In this document: positions 20,697 through 30,748 of the stretch, piece after piece
Numbering within the stretch: the first letter of the stretch is position 1
How the letters are laid out: every line of letters begins with the position of its first letter
NCBI GenBank assembly: GCA_032153875.1
Contig: JALDYP010000004.1
Location: forward strand, 2,775-66,774
Source of the DNA: Methylophilus sp.
GTDB taxonomy: Bacteria > Pseudomonadota > Gammaproteobacteria > Burkholderiales > Methylophilaceae
Direction of reading: 5' to 3'
DNA length: 64,000 nt
The notes under the pieces: generated by a model
What the model saw: only the letters and a program-made list of their open reading frames with translations
What the model was told of the DNA's origin: nothing
Database searches by the model: none
Position numbers and translations under genes: made by a program

Positions 20697-21161
20697 TTAA
20701 GCCGCTTTTTGCTCGATGAAGGAAGAAATATTAGATTGAAATTGTGACCCAATTTCAATCTTGCGCGGTTTAAGCGCCTCTGGAATTTCACGCACCAAAG
20801 CGATGCTCAACAAACCATTCTCCAGGTTGGCGCCAGTGACTTTGACATGGTCGGCCAATTGGAATTTGTGCTCAAAATCACGGTTGGCGATGCCCCGGTG
20901 CAGGAAAGTGGTTTCCTGTTCTTTTTTGGCTTTGCGGCCGGTCACGCGCAAGGTCTGATGTTCGGTTTCGATCTCCAGCTCATTCAGCTGGAAGCCGGCG
21001 ATGGCCATTACAATCTTGTAGGCATTTTCATCGACCAGTTCGATGTTATACGGCGGGTAGCTGATTTCGTTCTCGCTGCGCTGGCCGTCGTTGAGCATTT
21101 TTGCCAGGCGGTCAAAACCAATAGCGGTGCGGTAGAGTGGGGTTAAGTCATAAGTACGCAT
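20697..21161 (-). CDS. ibpA: Small heat-shock protein (Hsp20)
   Basis: MRTYDLTPLYRTAIGFDRL, YPPYNIE, FLHRGIA and LENGLL. Confidence 0.93.
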   Translation of the reverse strand: MRTYDLTPLYRTAIGFDRLAKMLNDGQRSENEISYPPYNIELVDENAYKIVMAIAGFQLNELEIETEHQTLRVTGRKAKKEQETTFLHRGIANRDFEHKFQLADHVKVTGANLENGLLSIALVREIPEALKPRKIEIGSQFQSNISSFIEQKAA

Positions 21162-21261
21162 ACGTTTATCCTTTTAAAAATTAAGCGATTAACATGATTC
21201 ACAGACCTCAAACTGCAAGCATCTGTGATTCAAATATGGGAATTCGCTTTATTTTTTCAAG
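21162..21261 (-). promoter_or_regulatory. Sigma-32 promoter and ROSE-like 5'UTR of ibpA
   Basis: CTTGAA-N15-CCCATAT (21261..21234). The UTR has a TCACAGA/TCTGTGA hairpin and TCGCT able to pair with the AGGA SD. Confidence 0.75.
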
Positions 21262-21282
21262 AGGATAAACGTAGCTAATATG

Positions 21283-22503
21283 TTAAACGCCCAGTTTTTC
21301 TGTCCAGGCCAAGGCTTCCATATGGCACTGGTTAACCTTGTCAGGATTAAGCTGCAGCATTTCTGCAAGGTGCAGAATTTCTTTACTGTTAGCATCTTCA
21401 CAGGCTTCTGTGAGTTTAAGGAAAGGACCAAAAATACCTGTTCGTTGTGTCAGCGCATCAACGATAGATTCAGGCAATTGCAGTTTTTCCAGAATATCTT
21501 CCATCGGCACTTTCAGCATGACATCCAGCAGGGAAAATACGCCGACTACAAACAGGTTATCACGGTCTTTCTTGTCAAAAAACGGCTCGCCCAGCAACTC
21601 CGTCAAACGACCGCGGGTAATTGAGGTTTTCATCAGGGCAGGGGAGGTGCTGTTGTTACCGGCGGTAACCATCAGTAGGGTCAGCCAGCGGTAAAGCTGG
21701 TTGCGACCAAGTATGGTCAGGGCGTGACCAATCGATTGCACTTCACAGGACAAACCAAAGCCTACTGAATTAATGTAGCGCAGCAATTTGTAGCTAAGGG
21801 TGGTGTCGCGCTTGAAACCATTTTCAATCTCCCTGTTATCAGCCTCCTGGCTGACCAGGTTCAAAATATTCAGCACCCCTTCAAAGCTCGGGTTGATTAC
21901 CTTGGCATTGAGGTTTTCCGGCTGCGCATAAAAATAGCCCTGGAACTGCTGATAACCAGCTTCTTGCAGGCTTTTGAATTGTGCGTTTTGCTCAACTTTT
22001 TCTGCAATCAGTTTGCAGTTAGGCTTCTGGTATTTTTTCAGCCATGCTTTGGCTTCTTCAATATCTACCTCGCGCATATCCAGCTTGATGTAATCGGCAA
22101 TTGGCACCAGTGCTTCAAGGTGTGGATGACGTTGCGGGTTATCCAGCGCGATTTTGAATTTGGCGGTTTTCAGCGCCTGGCAGCGTGCAATAATTTCTGT
22201 CGTAACATTGACCTGGTGCACAATCTCCAGCACTGTTTTTTCGGCCGGCATCAGCTCCAGGAACTCGCTACCCAGCATGACATGGTCAACATTGATAAAT
22301 GCCAGTTGCTGGCCCAACAACCAGCTTTCATGCATTTCATCCATGGTAGTGGAGAGGATTTTGGCGCAGGTCTGGATATCTTCCTCAAATGGCGTATCAC
22401 TGCCATCAGATTCTTTCCGGAAAAAGAATTCATAGCCAATGATTTCCTGCTTATCATTAACAATAGGCTGGCGCCCGATAATACTTTGATGTGTTGTGGT
22501 CAT
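21283..22503 (-). CDS. EAL (degenerate) plus HDOD domain protein
   Basis: IGRQPI..GYEFFFR, IAEKVE, FQGYFY, LSYKLLRYINS and GVFSLLD motifs. Confidence 0.9.
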   Translation of the reverse strand: MTTTHQSIIGRQPIVNDKQEIIGYEFFFRKESDGSDTPFEEDIQTCAKILSTTMDEMHESWLLGQQLAFINVDHVMLGSEFLELMPAEKTVLEIVHQVNVTTEIIARCQALKTAKFKIALDNPQRHPHLEALVPIADYIKLDMREVDIEEAKAWLKKYQKPNCKLIAEKVEQNAQFKSLQEAGYQQFQGYFYAQPENLNAKVINPSFEGVLNILNLVSQEADNREIENGFKRDTTLSYKLLRYINSVGFGLSCEVQSIGHALTILGRNQLYRWLTLLMVTAGNNSTSPALMKTSITRGRLTELLGEPFFDKKDRDNLFVVGVFSLLDVMLKVPMEDILEKLQLPESIVDALTQRTGIFGPFLKLTEACEDANSKEILHLAEMLQLNPDKVNQCHMEALAWTEKLGV

Positions 22504-22600
22504 GACTACATTCCTAATTAGCACCGATTTTCAGTGCCCGGTGACAAGTCTAATTGAGAGCAATCTATTTCTTATCTGCAAAAAAGCCCCAATTGCAGGG

Positions 22601-22752
22601 TGATAAATCAAAATAGAGTTTGGTCATAAACTCCATATAAGTCTTTGATTCTTCGTTGCCCGCTTACAATGCGTAAAAAATAGAGTTTGGTCCTAAACTT
22701 TCATTCGGTGATTTTATACATTAATAACTCAATAATAGAGTTTGGTCATAAA
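22601..22752 (+). repeat. Tn7 left end: TG terminus and three spaced TnsB-binding repeats
   Basis: AATAGAGTTTGGTCATAAA at 22612 and 22734, AATAGAGTTTGGTCCTAAA at 22679. The first core starts at position 12 from the TG, as in Tn7. Confidence 0.9.
22638..22650 (-). promoter_or_regulatory. IHF-binding consensus between TnsB sites 1 and 2
   Basis: Minus strand AATCAA-AGAC-TTA matches WATCAR-N4-TTR. Confidence 0.65.
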
Positions 22753-22804
22753 AATCATTACGCTGAGAAATAAGGAAAATATGCACTACTTTTGCATATG
22801 AAGG

Positions 22805-24457
22805 TTATTGCTGGAACAATTTGAGTTTCAAAGCCAGCTTATAAGCTCTGAACATGGATTTACTTGAAAAAGACTGATTATCCCTTGGACTGATTAATTT
22901 GGGGAATCTATCGAAAGAACACTTATTCTGAAGTTCCACCTCTATCTCATGACTCCAATGACCATTGTTATCTACTAAACCATCAAGCACCTGTTTAATT
23001 GCTGTCTCCATTTCAATCATGGGCAGCTGCTCTCTGAAAGAAACTGCTAACAATGAAAGTGCGTACCCGCCTGAATGATCGACATCAAGAATACAAATAG
23101 GCGGTTCGACTGGAGATTCAACAATAGCAATGGCTGCCAATCTTGGGTCACGGCCATGCGTAGAGAATGACTTACCTGATTTGAGCCGACTATAAGATAA
23201 AGAGAAATTTCTGTCAGGTACGAGCGCAGCCATATTATGGATAACGTCAGCAACACAGGCCAAGTCGCCGCTATTTGTTTCAGTCTCTGGAGTTAATAAC
23301 ATAAATTCAACTGGAGGTAGTTTGGCATAGCTTGAAACATCTCCAGCAGAAACATGAACTACCTTTTTGACTACTTGTGGTTTCGGCCTTTCTAATTTCT
23401 TAAATGGTTCTTTTGGCGATTGCTCTTTTGGTTCAAGATAGGGCTGCCGATTAATCTTAATCTTGTTTTCAAAACTGACTCGTTTTAAACCATTGCTCAG
23501 TATCTGAGGATTATTGCTCGCAGTTGTACCGTAGCCATTGGTATCAAGCTTATGCTCAAGTTCGTATTTTTGAGGTTGGTTGTTTTCATCTGGATCAGTA
23601 TCGATTTTGGCATGGGTGCCGGGTGTGAAAGTGCTATTCCCAAATTTCACTGTTTGTTTCAAAGATGGATGTGTGAGCGTTAAGCTTTTACATGGCTGAA
23701 CCTTGCCACTCATCAGATAGATTTCTAAGACCAATATTTGATTGCCATCTCTGACAGCTCTGAATTCACATCTGGAATTTTTAATACTTGGGGGAATGAA
23801 GGACAAGTAATCATTGCCACAGCTATGGGAATACACACTATCCCAGGATTTTCGACCGGCAGGGTCAACAGCTATCCAAGAAAACTCTTCCGCAAACCGA
23901 TTGGATATCGCTTTCAGTGGCATCTCATCAGCAAAGTCGATTTGCAATTCATCATAATAGCCGGGGTGAATAGGTCTATACAGTGTCAACAGACCGCTAT
24001 CGCGCATCATGGCGTTTGCCATCGTTCTATTATGTGCAAACAAATATCTGATTAATTCCACGGTGGGGATTGATATCTCAAGTTCATTGACTCTATATTT
24101 GAACAGGCGCTGTATTCCAGTCGTCTGAGAGTGAAATGTATAAAGGGAAGTTGGTATATCAGCTGTAGTAATTTCCTCATAATCTGCAAGGTCAGAAATC
24201 ACGCAGGTTTCAGGCTTCCCCCTATGCGATAAATGTAGCAATCTGCCTTCCTGGTAATACTGGCCTATGGTCAGAATCGGCATCATACCGATGGGTTGTC
24301 GGCACATATTGAAACTACCAGACTCCACACCGCGCAATACAGGCCTGATGAAGCACGCCGACTCATCATTGAATTCAGTACCCACGATCCAATAAAGCTC
24401 CTGAATTTCCTGATTGATGTTGAAATCATGAATGACGATATCTCTCATAGATGTCAT
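22805..24457 (-). CDS. tnsE: Tn7-like target selector TnsE
   Basis: IPTVELIRYLF (cf. Tn7 IPQLELARSLF), W..D..SWDSV, SFIPP and LVLEI motifs; follows tnsD; about 550 aa. Confidence 0.8.
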   Translation of the reverse strand: MTSMRDIVIHDFNINQEIQELYWIVGTEFNDESACFIRPVLRGVESGSFNMCRQPIGMMPILTIGQYYQEGRLLHLSHRGKPETCVISDLADYEEITTADIPTSLYTFHSQTTGIQRLFKYRVNELEISIPTVELIRYLFAHNRTMANAMMRDSGLLTLYRPIHPGYYDELQIDFADEMPLKAISNRFAEEFSWIAVDPAGRKSWDSVYSHSCGNDYLSFIPPSIKNSRCEFRAVRDGNQILVLEIYLMSGKVQPCKSLTLTHPSLKQTVKFGNSTFTPGTHAKIDTDPDENNQPQKYELEHKLDTNGYGTTASNNPQILSNGLKRVSFENKIKINRQPYLEPKEQSPKEPFKKLERPKPQVVKKVVHVSAGDVSSYAKLPPVEFMLLTPETETNSGDLACVADVIHNMAALVPDRNFSLSYSRLKSGKSFSTHGRDPRLAAIAIVESPVEPPICILDVDHSGGYALSLLAVSFREQLPMIEMETAIKQVLDGLVDNNGHWSHEIEVELQNKCSFDRFPKLISPRDNQSFSSKSMFRAYKLALKLKLFQQ

Positions 24458-24461
24458 CCAT

Positions 24462-26168
24462 TCAATGCAAATATGCACTCAGTTTGGGCTGAGCATACTT
24501 GAATGCATCATGTCTGATGCCGGCCAGCCTCGTTACATGGGAGGGGAACAGCGCTTGCCTGTTTTGCTGAAGCTGCTTGATTGCCCAAACCATTCTTCTG
24601 AATCTGAATTCGGCATGAGATTCAATTGCAGCGCTCAGGTATTTAGTAGTCAGGGGTAATTTGTGTTTACGTCTACCTATCCAATGTGGTCTTTGCAATC
24701 CACGCTCAATGACTGCAAGCGTGACTTTGATTGGTGGCGCAATTTTACGAATGCGTCTGACTTCATTTACAACAGCTTGTTTTAGGTCTTTATCGATCTT
24801 GTCCCAATCAAGTTTGGCAGAGATTGTGTTTTTCAGATTTTCTTCATCAGTGACTTCGATATTAGTCCGTTTAGCCTGATGGCAATAACGGCCAATTTGT
24901 AGTTTCATTTGCCATGGATGGCGAATATCCAAGTCATTAGCCAGTTTCACAACAGTTTTAGGATCTAACTTTAAAAGCTGTGAAATGTTTCTGAGAGATA
25001 ATCCTTCAAGAATATATTGAATGAGTTTAGGTTTAAGTAATGGGCCATAGTGCTGAAACCGATTGGGGCCTACCTCACCAGAGTCATGGTTAAACCAGCG
25101 AGTAAATACATAACCACAACTACACTCGAATACGGCAACATGATGGTCAAAATTTGCATGGACACTGTATTTTTGAATGGAAGGCTTTCCTACATGTTCA
25201 GCCAGAGGATTTGTGCAAACCCATGGTCCGTTCCCAAATGGTAAATATTGCGGCTGATTATCCAGAAACTCTTGCAGTAGGAGATGGTGCAATGGATGAA
25301 ATGCATGGCGATGCTTTCTTGCCATAGGTGAGAGCCATTTCAATTTCGATATTTCAGAAAACGCTGGAACATTCATGAACACTTCGGCATAGTAGTCTTG
25401 GACAGCTTGATAAAGGCGCTTTAGTTTTACATGCCTATCTGTAATGGCATATCCAGTATCTTCAAGCTTACGTCTGTAATAGCTAGTCCATTCTCCATGT
25501 GATTTACAGGCATGCTTGTCATCTATTATTAAGGCACTTCGATTAGCCAAACCAACCAGCTTATTTAACGCTGAAGGACTGGCAGTGTCATTAACCAACC
25601 TTGTTTCAGCCGAGACTAAGCAATACTCAGGGTCAGCCGCATAATATGCGTGCCTACTACCAAGCCGGATATCAATGGTGCTTTGATATAAAGACTGATG
25701 ATGTTCCCGGCAAACCACCACGGAAGGAAGTTGAAATTCACGCTTCCAGTAAAGTTCACCGTATGCTTTCAGCATGTCTAAGTTACAGGCTGGACAAAAT
25801 CTTAACCGGGTGACACGATTCACTTTGAATGTCGCCATACCCAATCTTAAATACCAGTCCGTTACTACACCCTTTAGAACTGAACGAGTAGCTTGCTTAG
25901 CGACATGCGGTAGTGCAAATCTGATAAGGTATTTAAACAGTGTGAGCTGTTCAAGTAACCTTTTGGCGATTGTGTAATGCTTGTTAGGTATCAACAACGC
26001 TAATTGAGCCAGCCCGAATGGAAGGTCAAAAGATGGGATTGCATATCTTTTGCCAAACAACTCATTATTCACTAAGGTATCTGGTGGTAAAGCTGTATGT
26101 TTTACATAACGTGCAAGCACGCTGTATAGCAGCTCCCCTGGATATATGTTTGGAAAGTAAGGCAGCAT
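24462..26168 (-). CDS. tnsD: Tn7-like site-specific target selector TnsD/TniQ
   Basis: MLPYFP.IYPGELLYS.LARY, LRFCPAC..YGELYW.R..QLP..C..H, HPLHHLL and PFGNGPW.C.NP motifs. Confidence 0.9.
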   Translation of the reverse strand: MLPYFPNIYPGELLYSVLARYVKHTALPPDTLVNNELFGKRYAIPSFDLPFGLAQLALLIPNKHYTIAKRLLEQLTLFKYLIRFALPHVAKQATRSVLKGVVTDWYLRLGMATFKVNRVTRLRFCPACNLDMLKAYGELYWKREFQLPSVVVCREHHQSLYQSTIDIRLGSRHAYYAADPEYCLVSAETRLVNDTASPSALNKLVGLANRSALIIDDKHACKSHGEWTSYYRRKLEDTGYAITDRHVKLKRLYQAVQDYYAEVFMNVPAFSEISKLKWLSPMARKHRHAFHPLHHLLLQEFLDNQPQYLPFGNGPWVCTNPLAEHVGKPSIQKYSVHANFDHHVAVFECSCGYVFTRWFNHDSGEVGPNRFQHYGPLLKPKLIQYILEGLSLRNISQLLKLDPKTVVKLANDLDIRHPWQMKLQIGRYCHQAKRTNIEVTDEENLKNTISAKLDWDKIDKDLKQAVVNEVRRIRKIAPPIKVTLAVIERGLQRPHWIGRRKHKLPLTTKYLSAAIESHAEFRFRRMVWAIKQLQQNRQALFPSHVTRLAGIRHDAFKYAQPKLSAYLH

Positions 26169-27772
26169 TATGCAAATCTTTCCTCGACGGGAAATCTAAT
26201 CATTCCTGCCGCTAAGAGCTTTTGATAAGGAGTTTCTGAGCCTTCCCTTTTCACAATCAACCGAAGGTCGTTTATATCTTCATTGGCAGCAACCAATTTC
26301 AGTCTGCTTGCAGACTGTTTTTTACCCGTTTTAGTCTTTTTCAGCTCACTGATCACCGCAGCCATCAAGGTGAGCATGTCGCCGTTCGGGTTTTCAGATA
26401 GAACTTTTTCTACTATTAGTTTGATCACATCCTCTGCGATACCCATTAATTTCAATGATAGGGTCAGCTGGGCATTCACATCATCTTGCGCATCATGTAA
26501 CGGAGCAGGTTTTGCAGGTACCCAGTCAGTGACGCTATGGCTATCGAGGGCTTCTTTAACAATTTTGTCGAAATGAGATTGAAACGGTAACAAGTCATCA
26601 TAGCGTGCAAGCGCTTTCATATCCTTGTTACGAAGCGCATTCAACATTGGCTCAACTAACTTCAGGTTTTCATTAGCGACCTGTTTGATCAGTCCTGGCG
26701 TAATGATTTCTTCACCCTTACGTTGCTCATGTACTGAAATCAAACGTATCTGAATCAGGATAAAAAGCTTAATCAAGATATCGATCACACCCTGGGTGTA
26801 GTAATAAATCGTATCTGAGAGTTCTTTGGTTAAGGGTGTATAAGTATTCAGCCACTGATATTTCCAGAGCTTTTCAACTAAACTCTGCCAGACAGCATTG
26901 TTCTCGTAAGCATCCCAGACAGTATTGCCAAGGCCTATTGCTCTACGAGCTTCCTTGAAGTTTTTTTGGATAAGTGGAATCGCTGAGTTGGTACCTACCA
27001 AAATCACAGGGATGCCAATGGTATTCACCAGGGTGACTAAGAATGCCAGGGTCTCTTCAGCCTTGTCCTGATTCAGAATTAAAAATTGCACCTCATCTAT
27101 CACTAAACAACCTATTGCATGCAAATTCGCCACATGAGCCATGTTGATTAGCATTTTATAATCATTCTGACCTTTCCCCGCGTACTTTGCTTCGTAGTTG
27201 GTGCCTAGTAGACGATCCACAGAATAGAAAAAGTTTTGGCAAAGTTGAGAGGTGCCTTTTTTAGACGGGCAATCCAATCGAATCCAAACAATTTGAGTCA
27301 AATGGTAAGGTGTTTCATGTCTTACGATTTGTGGATAGCATCGCAGAATACGTTCTAAAGTACGCGTCTTACTGCCGCCTGATGTCCCAAGCAGCGCAAA
27401 ACTTTGCGCATAGTTTTCAAACATATGCTTGGGTGGCGCATCCAATGAACCCTGTTTGTTACGCTCATGGCTATTTTGCAGTTGGTGAATATAGTTCGTT
27501 TCTGAAGGATCTCGACCGGTGTACCCAAGCTTGAGTATTAAATCGAAGCGTTCATATAACTGAATTTGCCTTGCCAGTGGTTCATAGTATTTTATGAGCC
27601 TAACGATACAGTGCTTACGGATGTGAGAGGGATATCGCCTTTCACTTTCCTCAAAATGTGGCCTGTTTACCAGAGCGTGAGCTATTTCATGCCTGGAACG
27701 AATGCCGGGTAAACATGAGATGAAAGGATTTTTAGCATATTCAGGTAAGGTGTTTGGATGTTGATCATTCAT
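26168..27772 (-). CDS. tnsC: Tn7-like AAA+ regulator TnsC
   Basis: NPFISCLP, Walker A GTSGGSKT (variant), Walker B LVIDEVQ, LVNTIGIPVILVGT. Confidence 0.92.
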   Translation of the reverse strand: MNDQHPNTLPEYAKNPFISCLPGIRSRHEIAHALVNRPHFEESERRYPSHIRKHCIVRLIKYYEPLARQIQLYERFDLILKLGYTGRDPSETNYIHQLQNSHERNKQGSLDAPPKHMFENYAQSFALLGTSGGSKTRTLERILRCYPQIVRHETPYHLTQIVWIRLDCPSKKGTSQLCQNFFYSVDRLLGTNYEAKYAGKGQNDYKMLINMAHVANLHAIGCLVIDEVQFLILNQDKAEETLAFLVTLVNTIGIPVILVGTNSAIPLIQKNFKEARRAIGLGNTVWDAYENNAVWQSLVEKLWKYQWLNTYTPLTKELSDTIYYYTQGVIDILIKLFILIQIRLISVHEQRKGEEIITPGLIKQVANENLKLVEPMLNALRNKDMKALARYDDLLPFQSHFDKIVKEALDSHSVTDWVPAKPAPLHDAQDDVNAQLTLSLKLMGIAEDVIKLIVEKVLSENPNGDMLTLMAAVISELKKTKTGKKQSASRLKLVAANEDINDLRLIVKREGSETPYQKLLAAGMIRFPVEERFA

Positions 27773-29918
27773 TGTTGCTATCTTCCTGTCCAAGAATGTC
27801 TAAAAGATCCGGTTCAGAATAGTCTTCGTCGGATTGCTTGAATGGCACGATATTTTGGGGAATTGGTTTTCCGTGATTGTCTGCTTCAGGACCAAATTTA
27901 AAGGCTTCCTTGGCTTGTATAATGGCTTGATCGACCTTGCGGTTTTCCCGTATTCCACGCGTTCTGGCTAGATTGCTTTCAGTAATCACCTTAGGCTTCA
28001 GCGCTTTGGCCTCAGCTGCGATTTTTTCAATTTCTACCTGTAGCTTTAAATCTCCCATGTGTTCAACAGGTTTATGGGCCTCTTCCACTTGCTGCTTAGC
28101 AAGCTGAGCCTGTCCGATTTCCCATTCAGAGAGTCCAAGATAGGCTCGGCTACGCGGGGTTTTGGTACACACTTCAATCAGGTTGGTTTCATTAGGATTT
28201 TTGAAATAGATGGCATCCATGTTCCTTGGGTCATACTTGACTTCAACTGACCAGCGCTTGTTTTGCCTTGCCTGATCAAACCATCTTTCCTGCATTGCAA
28301 GTGGACAGGTGTAATACTCTTTCTTGAAGTAAATTCCCTGTTTAGTCACGGACGCATTACCCGTAACTAATAGACTGAATTTCACCTCATCAGCAGGATA
28401 TGTCCTTAAATATCCACTCTTGTGCTTGATACCCCAGTTCCATAAATCAAGCGGTACAGAGGGAATGTTGGCTTTGCTTAAATCATGATCCTTGTCATAG
28501 TTAAGCAACTGATGCTTGTTGTTGTTTGTGAGTACGCAATGAATCAGAATTTTCGTGATTTGATCAAGATCCAGCTCTGCATCCAATCGATAATCATGAC
28601 CGCCACGTGCTCTGAAGTCTGATTGAATATAACCTTCGACGAACGGTTTGAAATGCGCTGGCAAGAGTTTGAATTGTTGTTCGACTATCCCTTTCCAGTC
28701 AGCGCGATAGGGAGCAGTATTTTCGACCTCAACCCTGAAATTATTGCTAAGTGTGTCGATGATCTTACTAGCTATTTCTCCCCGATCACCCAACAATTTA
28801 GCTGGCAAATGATGACAAGGCCAATCTTCAGGTTCAATGTGGATGCCATACTTGGCACAGTAGGCTTGTTTATCTGCAACACAATTTTCTAAAGCCATCA
28901 TAGCAGTCACCCACGATGGCCCTTCAATACCTACATACATGCCAACGATCATACGGCTGAATACATCGATAATGACGTACAGCACTGGCCGCCCAATAAT
29001 CTTGCTGCGGTCATGCCGGGAAACAATGTATAAATCTAGTATGGTGGCATCGATCTGATATCTGGAGCCAGGTCCCCACACTTCTGCATTAGAAGTGCTA
29101 ATGTATCCACGCATGTCTTTGTCGTAAATTTTAGCGGATGCACGCCTACGTTTGATATCGAGTAAATCAGTGTTCTGATGAAACCAATATTTAAATTGAT
29201 TGTATGTAGGAAAGGCATTCCCATTCACCAATTTTTTGGGGATTATCTTTACTGCGCCAGTGACATCATCAGTGACTTTCTCGCAAAAGCACTCCGTCAG
29301 CATCTTGTCATAGGCTTTGCGCAGGTTGAATTTTTCGTTCTTGGCGTAAAACCTGAAAATGCCGACTTTGAAAAACTCTATGACTCTTTCAGTGACAGGA
29401 ATGCCTTCTTCTGCAAATTTGGGAGTTCTACCTAACTTTGTATCAGTTTGTACTTTAGGCTGACCTGGATTACCGCAATTCCCATAGTCGGGTAGTAAAG
29501 CATTAGGGGTCTGCCCACGTTGCCAGTAACGCCTGAGTTTTCTGTAAACGCGTGCATGACCACTTCCTAAAACCTGAAACTTATTCATCAGTTGGCAACG
29601 CCGGTTGGTATAAAAAATTGCAGGCTTTTGCTCTATCAGGTCTTTGATGATTTCCATTCCAGCTTTACGCTTAAGCTTCGCAACCTCGGAAAGTCTGTCT
29701 TCGTCTATGATTGAGAAGAAAGGATCATCGATGAGTTCTGCTGTGCTATCTTCGCCTTGCAGTGAATCAATAATTTCTGACAATGGCAATTCATACGGCA
29801 AAGCATCGTCTTTATCGATGTCGATTAGAAATGCAATGGGCTGCTCATCATGCAGCCATAACACGCGTACACGCTCGCCCGTTCCAACGTAGCGAATGAC
29901 ATCATTTGAAAAAACCAT
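27765..29918 (-). CDS. tnsB: Tn7-like DDE transposase TnsB
   Basis: LRRYWQRGQTPNALLPDY, GPGSRYQIDAT, LLGDRGE and KGIVEQ; DDE triad intact. Confidence 0.95.
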   Translation of the reverse strand: MVFSNDVIRYVGTGERVRVLWLHDEQPIAFLIDIDKDDALPYELPLSEIIDSLQGEDSTAELIDDPFFSIIDEDRLSEVAKLKRKAGMEIIKDLIEQKPAIFYTNRRCQLMNKFQVLGSGHARVYRKLRRYWQRGQTPNALLPDYGNCGNPGQPKVQTDTKLGRTPKFAEEGIPVTERVIEFFKVGIFRFYAKNEKFNLRKAYDKMLTECFCEKVTDDVTGAVKIIPKKLVNGNAFPTYNQFKYWFHQNTDLLDIKRRRASAKIYDKDMRGYISTSNAEVWGPGSRYQIDATILDLYIVSRHDRSKIIGRPVLYVIIDVFSRMIVGMYVGIEGPSWVTAMMALENCVADKQAYCAKYGIHIEPEDWPCHHLPAKLLGDRGEIASKIIDTLSNNFRVEVENTAPYRADWKGIVEQQFKLLPAHFKPFVEGYIQSDFRARGGHDYRLDAELDLDQITKILIHCVLTNNNKHQLLNYDKDHDLSKANIPSVPLDLWNWGIKHKSGYLRTYPADEVKFSLLVTGNASVTKQGIYFKKEYYTCPLAMQERWFDQARQNKRWSVEVKYDPRNMDAIYFKNPNETNLIEVCTKTPRSRAYLGLSEWEIGQAQLAKQQVEEAHKPVEHMGDLKLQVEIEKIAAEAKALKPKVITESNLARTRGIRENRKVDQAIIQAKEAFKFGPEADNHGKPIPQNIVPFKQSDEDYSEPDLLDILGQEDSNNE

Positions 29919-30739
29919 TAGGCAGACCTCCTAACAATTTCTGGTAATTTGACAGTGATTTCTGGAATCGCTGTTTCAAGACTGAATGGCTGAGTTATAT
30001 CTAGCGAGATATGTTTATGCCATACCAAATGCCTCACTGCTGTAATGACAACACCAGTATCCATTGCAAGCATCTCGGATAGCTCTTTAAGAGAAGTAGT
30101 CTGATACTTGGACAGTCCTTCCAGGATACGGGCACAAGTATCCTGCCAGAAGTTAGCATCTGGCTGACCCAGCCCTTTAAAATCAAACACACCCCTTGCC
30201 CAATCTAACGCCAAGACTTGCGGTTTAGGTAGCTCATTATCTGTAACGATTCCCCAATCAATGTTTAACTCTTTCCAGTACCTGCGCTCAAGCTCCAGCT
30301 TCTCGATGACGCGATTTGTTAATTGGTCTGATGGTTTAACTGCACGAGCCACAAGTACTTGCTCACCATTCAGAACAGTGGTTAATAGAAAATCTGTCGT
30401 CATGACAATATCGCAACCAGTATCAGGATCTTGTGGGTGTTTGATGCCACATTCCTGCGCAATACGCCTGGTGATTTCCCGGTCTAATGGATACTGCTCA
30501 CGGATGTCGATTACGTCATCCTTCCAGTCATAAAAAAGGAATGAAGACTTTTCTAAGTCGGACAAGGCGTGATGCAGTCGATTTGATTTGGTCGATGGAA
30601 TACGATGCACCCTCCCGCTGGATGGCACATCCTGAATGGTTAACCAAGGGCGGTAATTTCCGCCTTCTCCCTTACCCCTTTTTTCTTTGATGTAACGCTG
30701 GATTTTCGCTTCATCAAAAGCATAGTTAAATCTAGCCAA
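29918..30739 (-). CDS. tnsA: Tn7-like endonuclease TnsA
   Basis: RG.GEG..YRPWL..QDVPSSG, LSDLE, DIREQYPL, MTTDFL and ELERRYW. TTG start with a GAGGA SD. Confidence 0.95.
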   Translation of the reverse strand: MARFNYAFDEAKIQRYIKEKRGKGEGGNYRPWLTIQDVPSSGRVHRIPSTKSNRLHHALSDLEKSSFLFYDWKDDVIDIREQYPLDREITRRIAQECGIKHPQDPDTGCDIVMTTDFLLTTVLNGEQVLVARAVKPSDQLTNRVIEKLELERRYWKELNIDWGIVTDNELPKPQVLALDWARGVFDFKGLGQPDANFWQDTCARILEGLSKYQTTSLKELSEMLAMDTGVVITAVRHLVWHKHISLDITQPFSLETAIPEITVKLPEIVRRSA

Positions 30740-30748
30740 ATGCAGTCC

